This document shows positions 59,140 to 64,000 of a DNA stretch of 64,000 bases, one piece after another. The DNA comes from the human T2T-CHM13v2.0 reference genome, Homo sapiens, in NCBI RefSeq assembly GCF_009914755.1, contig NC_060926.1. One strand, given 5' to 3'. The notes beneath the pieces were generated by a model. That model worked only from the letters and a program-made list of their open reading frames with translations. It did not search any database and had not been told where the DNA came from. The translations under genes were made by a program, and so were the position numbers. Each line of letters begins with the position of its first letter. The stretch's first letter is position 1.

Positions 59140-59355
59140 TACAGATTCTAACATCTATTGTGTGTTAACTATGTGTGAGGGATAATTCCACAAGCAACTG
59201 ATTTTATCCTCTGAGGTAAGTATTATGACTCCCCTCATTTTACAAATGAGAAAACTGAGGTGGAGAGAGGTTGATTAATTTAGCCAAGATCACACAGTAG
59301 AAAGTAGTAGCGTCAGGATTCAAACACAAGTTTTCTACTGGTGTCCACACTTTCA
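59140..59355 (-). mobile_element. MIR
   Basis: cattttacaaatgagaaaactgagg...ccaagatcacacag. Confidence 0.75.
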
Positions 59356-59460
59356 GGTACTACTGGCAAACAGCAGGGTCTATGGACACAGCAACGAACA
59401 GAGCATCAGAGGTTCCTGTTTTCACGGTTGAGAAGCAACAGGGAACAGTAAGAGAACCAT

Positions 59461-59703
59461 GGCCGGGTGCGGTGGCTCACGCCTGTAATCACAGCACTTT
59501 GGGAGGCCAAGGCAGGTGGATCAAGAGGTCAGGAGTTCGAGACCAGCCTGGCCAGCATGGTGATGCCTGTAGTCCCAGCTACTCAGGAGGCTGAGGCAGG
59601 AGAATTGCTTGAACCTGTTAGGCAGTGAGCCGAGATCGCACCACTGCATTCCAGCCTGGGCGACAGAGTGAGACACCGACTCAAAAAAAAAAAAAAAAAA
59701 AAA
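59461..59703 (+). mobile_element. Alu (S-type) with internal deletions
   Basis: Left arm joined to right arm at gcatggtg|atgcctgtagtccc; A-rich linker absent. Confidence 0.92.
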
Positions 59704-59789
59704 GACAGAGAGAGCCGTGAACTGGCAGGAGCAAGAACTGTGAAGAGCAGAACAACAGGGATGGGAGCTGAAGACTGGGGAGCACTGGA

Positions 59790-59990
59790 CTCTTTACAGT
59801 TATTACCTCATTTACTCTTTACAACCATTCTGCAAGTTACCATCATCATTGTTTAGATGAAGAAATTAAGGCTTTAAAAAGTCAAATACATTTCCCCAAA
59901 TTGCACAATTAGTAAACAGTGGACCTGGAGTTTGAATCCAGGTCTGTCTGACACCAAAGCTTAATTTTTCTCACTATACCTCACTGCTGT
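59790..59990 (-). mobile_element. MIR
   Basis: ttagatgaagaaattaaggc...ggagtttgaatccaggtctgtctgac. Confidence 0.7.
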
Positions 59991-60932
59991 AACAAAAAAC
60001 TACAAACACAGGCGCTTAAAAAACATTTCAGTCTGGGCCACTCTGTGTAGAAGGAAACAGTACTGAACATACTATGCTAGTCATTGAGGGCTTTGTTGAA
60101 TGCATAAATGGTTGAATATAAAAATGGCACTATAATGAATGTGTAAAATTAAGACTCTAATAATTGAGAAACAACTGCATTCTGTTGGTTAGTCTCCGTT
60201 TAAGAAAACAGGGTAATGTATGGTATATTTTTAAAGTCTAAAAATAGATATGGTTAAAATAAAACTAATCTGTGGATTTAAAGGGATGAGTTTCAAGTAC
60301 TTAGAAAATTCTTCTATGTGGAATATCTATTTTCTAATGATACCAGATAAAGTTTTCAATACAGAGAAACAGTAGAAATAGACATATTAAATAAAGGTTT
60401 ATGCTATTTTGTGTTAACCTTTATTTAATACAATAAATAAAGGGTCCAATAAAAATAAAGGCCAAATAACCTTTATTTAATAAAATAAATAAGGGCCCAA
60501 TAAAAAATAGTCCCTCCTTGTTTCATGTTTTCCTAGAAAAAATAAAAAATAAAACAACAGTAGTCCCAGCCCTTTAATAACAACTTAGATTATGTGTTAA
60601 TGATGATTCATACAGTATTTTTAAATGTTTTTACAAATTATAAGAAATTATAATTTATCAGGAATTCAAACTATTAGAAAGGTAAAATAATTGGATTTTC
60701 CCCTGCAGTATACTTTGGTGAGAAAGAAAGGACATGAGATGTTCTTCAGAAAACCTCCAAACTTTAAATTCAGGTATTCAGCCAAGTAAACAAATCATTT
60801 ACTTAAAAGAACAATGTATATTTTACATCTTTAATGCATGTTTAACTCCATTTCCTACACTTTCCCCATCTATATTACTGTATTGATGATTGGTCCCGTA
60901 ATGATAATCATGATATACATTCTGTTCTCTAA

Positions 60933-61336
<404 letters not shown>

Positions 61337-61353
61337 TTGTTTTCCATATTTAA

Positions 61354-61690
<337 letters not shown>

Positions 61691-61841
61691 AAAATTTTTG
61701 TGAAAAAATTTTTGGAAAGTTTTCCTAGAAATATAAGAAAACCATGTTTTCATTGATTGCACAGTTACTTGTACTGACTTCCATTGACTTTAAAGTCCTA
61801 TGTCCTGCTTAGGAGTTTGACATATTTTTAATGAAAAAAAA

Positions 61842-62137
61842 TTTTTTTTTCTTTTTGAGACGGGGTCTCATTCTGTCACCCAGGCTGGAGTGCAGTGGCC
61901 TGATATCGGCTCACTGCAACCTCCGCCTCTGTGGTTCAAGCAATCTCTCACCTCAGCCTCTCCAGTAGCTGGGGATACAGGCGGGAGCCATCATGCCTGG
62001 CTAATTTTTATATTTTTAGTAGAGATGGGGTTTCACCACATTGGCCAGGCTGGTCCCGAACTCCTGACCTCAGGTGATCCGCCTGCCTCAGCATCCCAAA
62101 GTGTTGGGATTACAGGTATGAGCCACTGTGCATGGCC
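61842..62137 (-). mobile_element. Alu (S-type)
   Basis: Alu consensus. Confidence 0.94.
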
Positions 62138-62994
62138 AAAAAATTTTAACGATTTAAAAATAGTAAGAATTTTTCAATTGGTTAATGATCATAGACAACA
62201 TTCAAGCAAAATACCATTTGATACTGAATAGTTCTAACATTTTAATTGTATTGCAAGAAAACTTTGTGTTGGAGATAATTACTTAATTTAGATCCGAATA
62301 TATGTGCACTGGAAAGTGGCACTTTATGTTGATTACAAAAATGTAATTAGGCAATAGGCTTAGTTTTGACCAAGCCTATTTGCTAATTGTGGGAAGTTTT
62401 TTTAAAAAAATCAAAGAAGTGAGTGTAGTTTAAAGTACAAGAGAAAGAAAAACATTATTTCCTTCCTAGGCACTTTTCTGGTGGATGGATGGAGGCTATA
62501 TAGCTACAACTACTTTTTCCAGATTTTTCAAGACAGTTCAAATTTTAATATTACATTTTGAGACCATATTAAACCATTCACTCTCATTTTTGTTTCAAAA
62601 TGTTTGGACACCATGGGGGATAACAGTCTGACAATTTTAGGAAAATCTTACTTTTACTTTGATTCCAAATGTAATATCAGAGAGTTTCCAAAGGTGGATT
62701 CCAAAAAATTTAGAATATTTAAGTAACAAAGAGTAATTGACTTTGGATAGGCCTTCTCATTGGCCTCAGAAATTTTATGAGATATGGTCTGGGTTTATAA
62801 AACCATAGAGAGACCTATTTTTGAAGCTTCATTGTGCCAGAACTACTTTGAAAGTTCTTTCTTCCAACTTAAGGCTTCATATAGCACATATATACTGATT
62901 AATATGTAAGTTAGAAAAAGTTTATCATCTATTACTAGGACAGTATTTCAACAATGTAGAATATATTTCTCCTTTTAAAAAACATTTATTATAA

Positions 62995-63338
<344 letters not shown>

Positions 63339-63367
63339 TATAATTATATTTTCTAAGAAATTATTTA

Positions 63368-63721
<354 letters not shown>

Positions 63722-64000
63722 TTATTTAAATATTGAATCGGTATGACAGGCCTTGTCAAAGCAACAATTAAGTAATTGGCCTAGAATAGTACTTTGCACA
63801 CCTTGATGAAGCTCAGATAGTAGACTCATTAAAAGAACATAATGTTTTGTTTTCTACTCCTTTAAAGAAAAGGAAGCATTTTAGCAGTAATGGTGTAAAT
63901 ACAGGACATCCCTATTTCTTGCTTATTAAAGAAAATGCTGAAAGGAGACCTTATCTTCGCTTGCTTGACATCCTCTTAGAAAAGACCAGTCTTTTAATTT

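Overview
Primate (almost certainly human) genomic DNA: AT-rich, CpG-depleted, about 30 Alus plus L1, L2, MIR, LTR and DNA-transposon fossils. It holds the 5' part of PELI1 (Pellino-1 E3 ubiquitin ligase) on the minus strand: non-coding exon 1 in a CpG island (~43723-44062), a ~35.7 kb intron 1, and coding exons 2-4 (7872-7942, 4333-4462, 30-131) encoding residues 1-101. The gene continues past the left edge. About 20 kb of repeat-rich upstream DNA follows the promoter. Nearly all ORFs in the supplied track are Alu/L1/Tigger or GC-island artefacts. I see no convincing new multi-gene system. Best leads: (1) the spliced 5' leader is open and in frame with the CDS except for one UGA-C stop, with an in-frame uAUG in better context than the main AUG; (2) an exon-like, splice-flanked pair of segments in intron 1 (20.6-22.4 kb); (3) inverted Alus around exons 2-3 suggesting circRNA; (4) an old direct duplication at 57-58 kb with an identical 39-bp core; (5) immune and clock motif clusters. 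Repeat families and boundaries were called by eye and are approximate.
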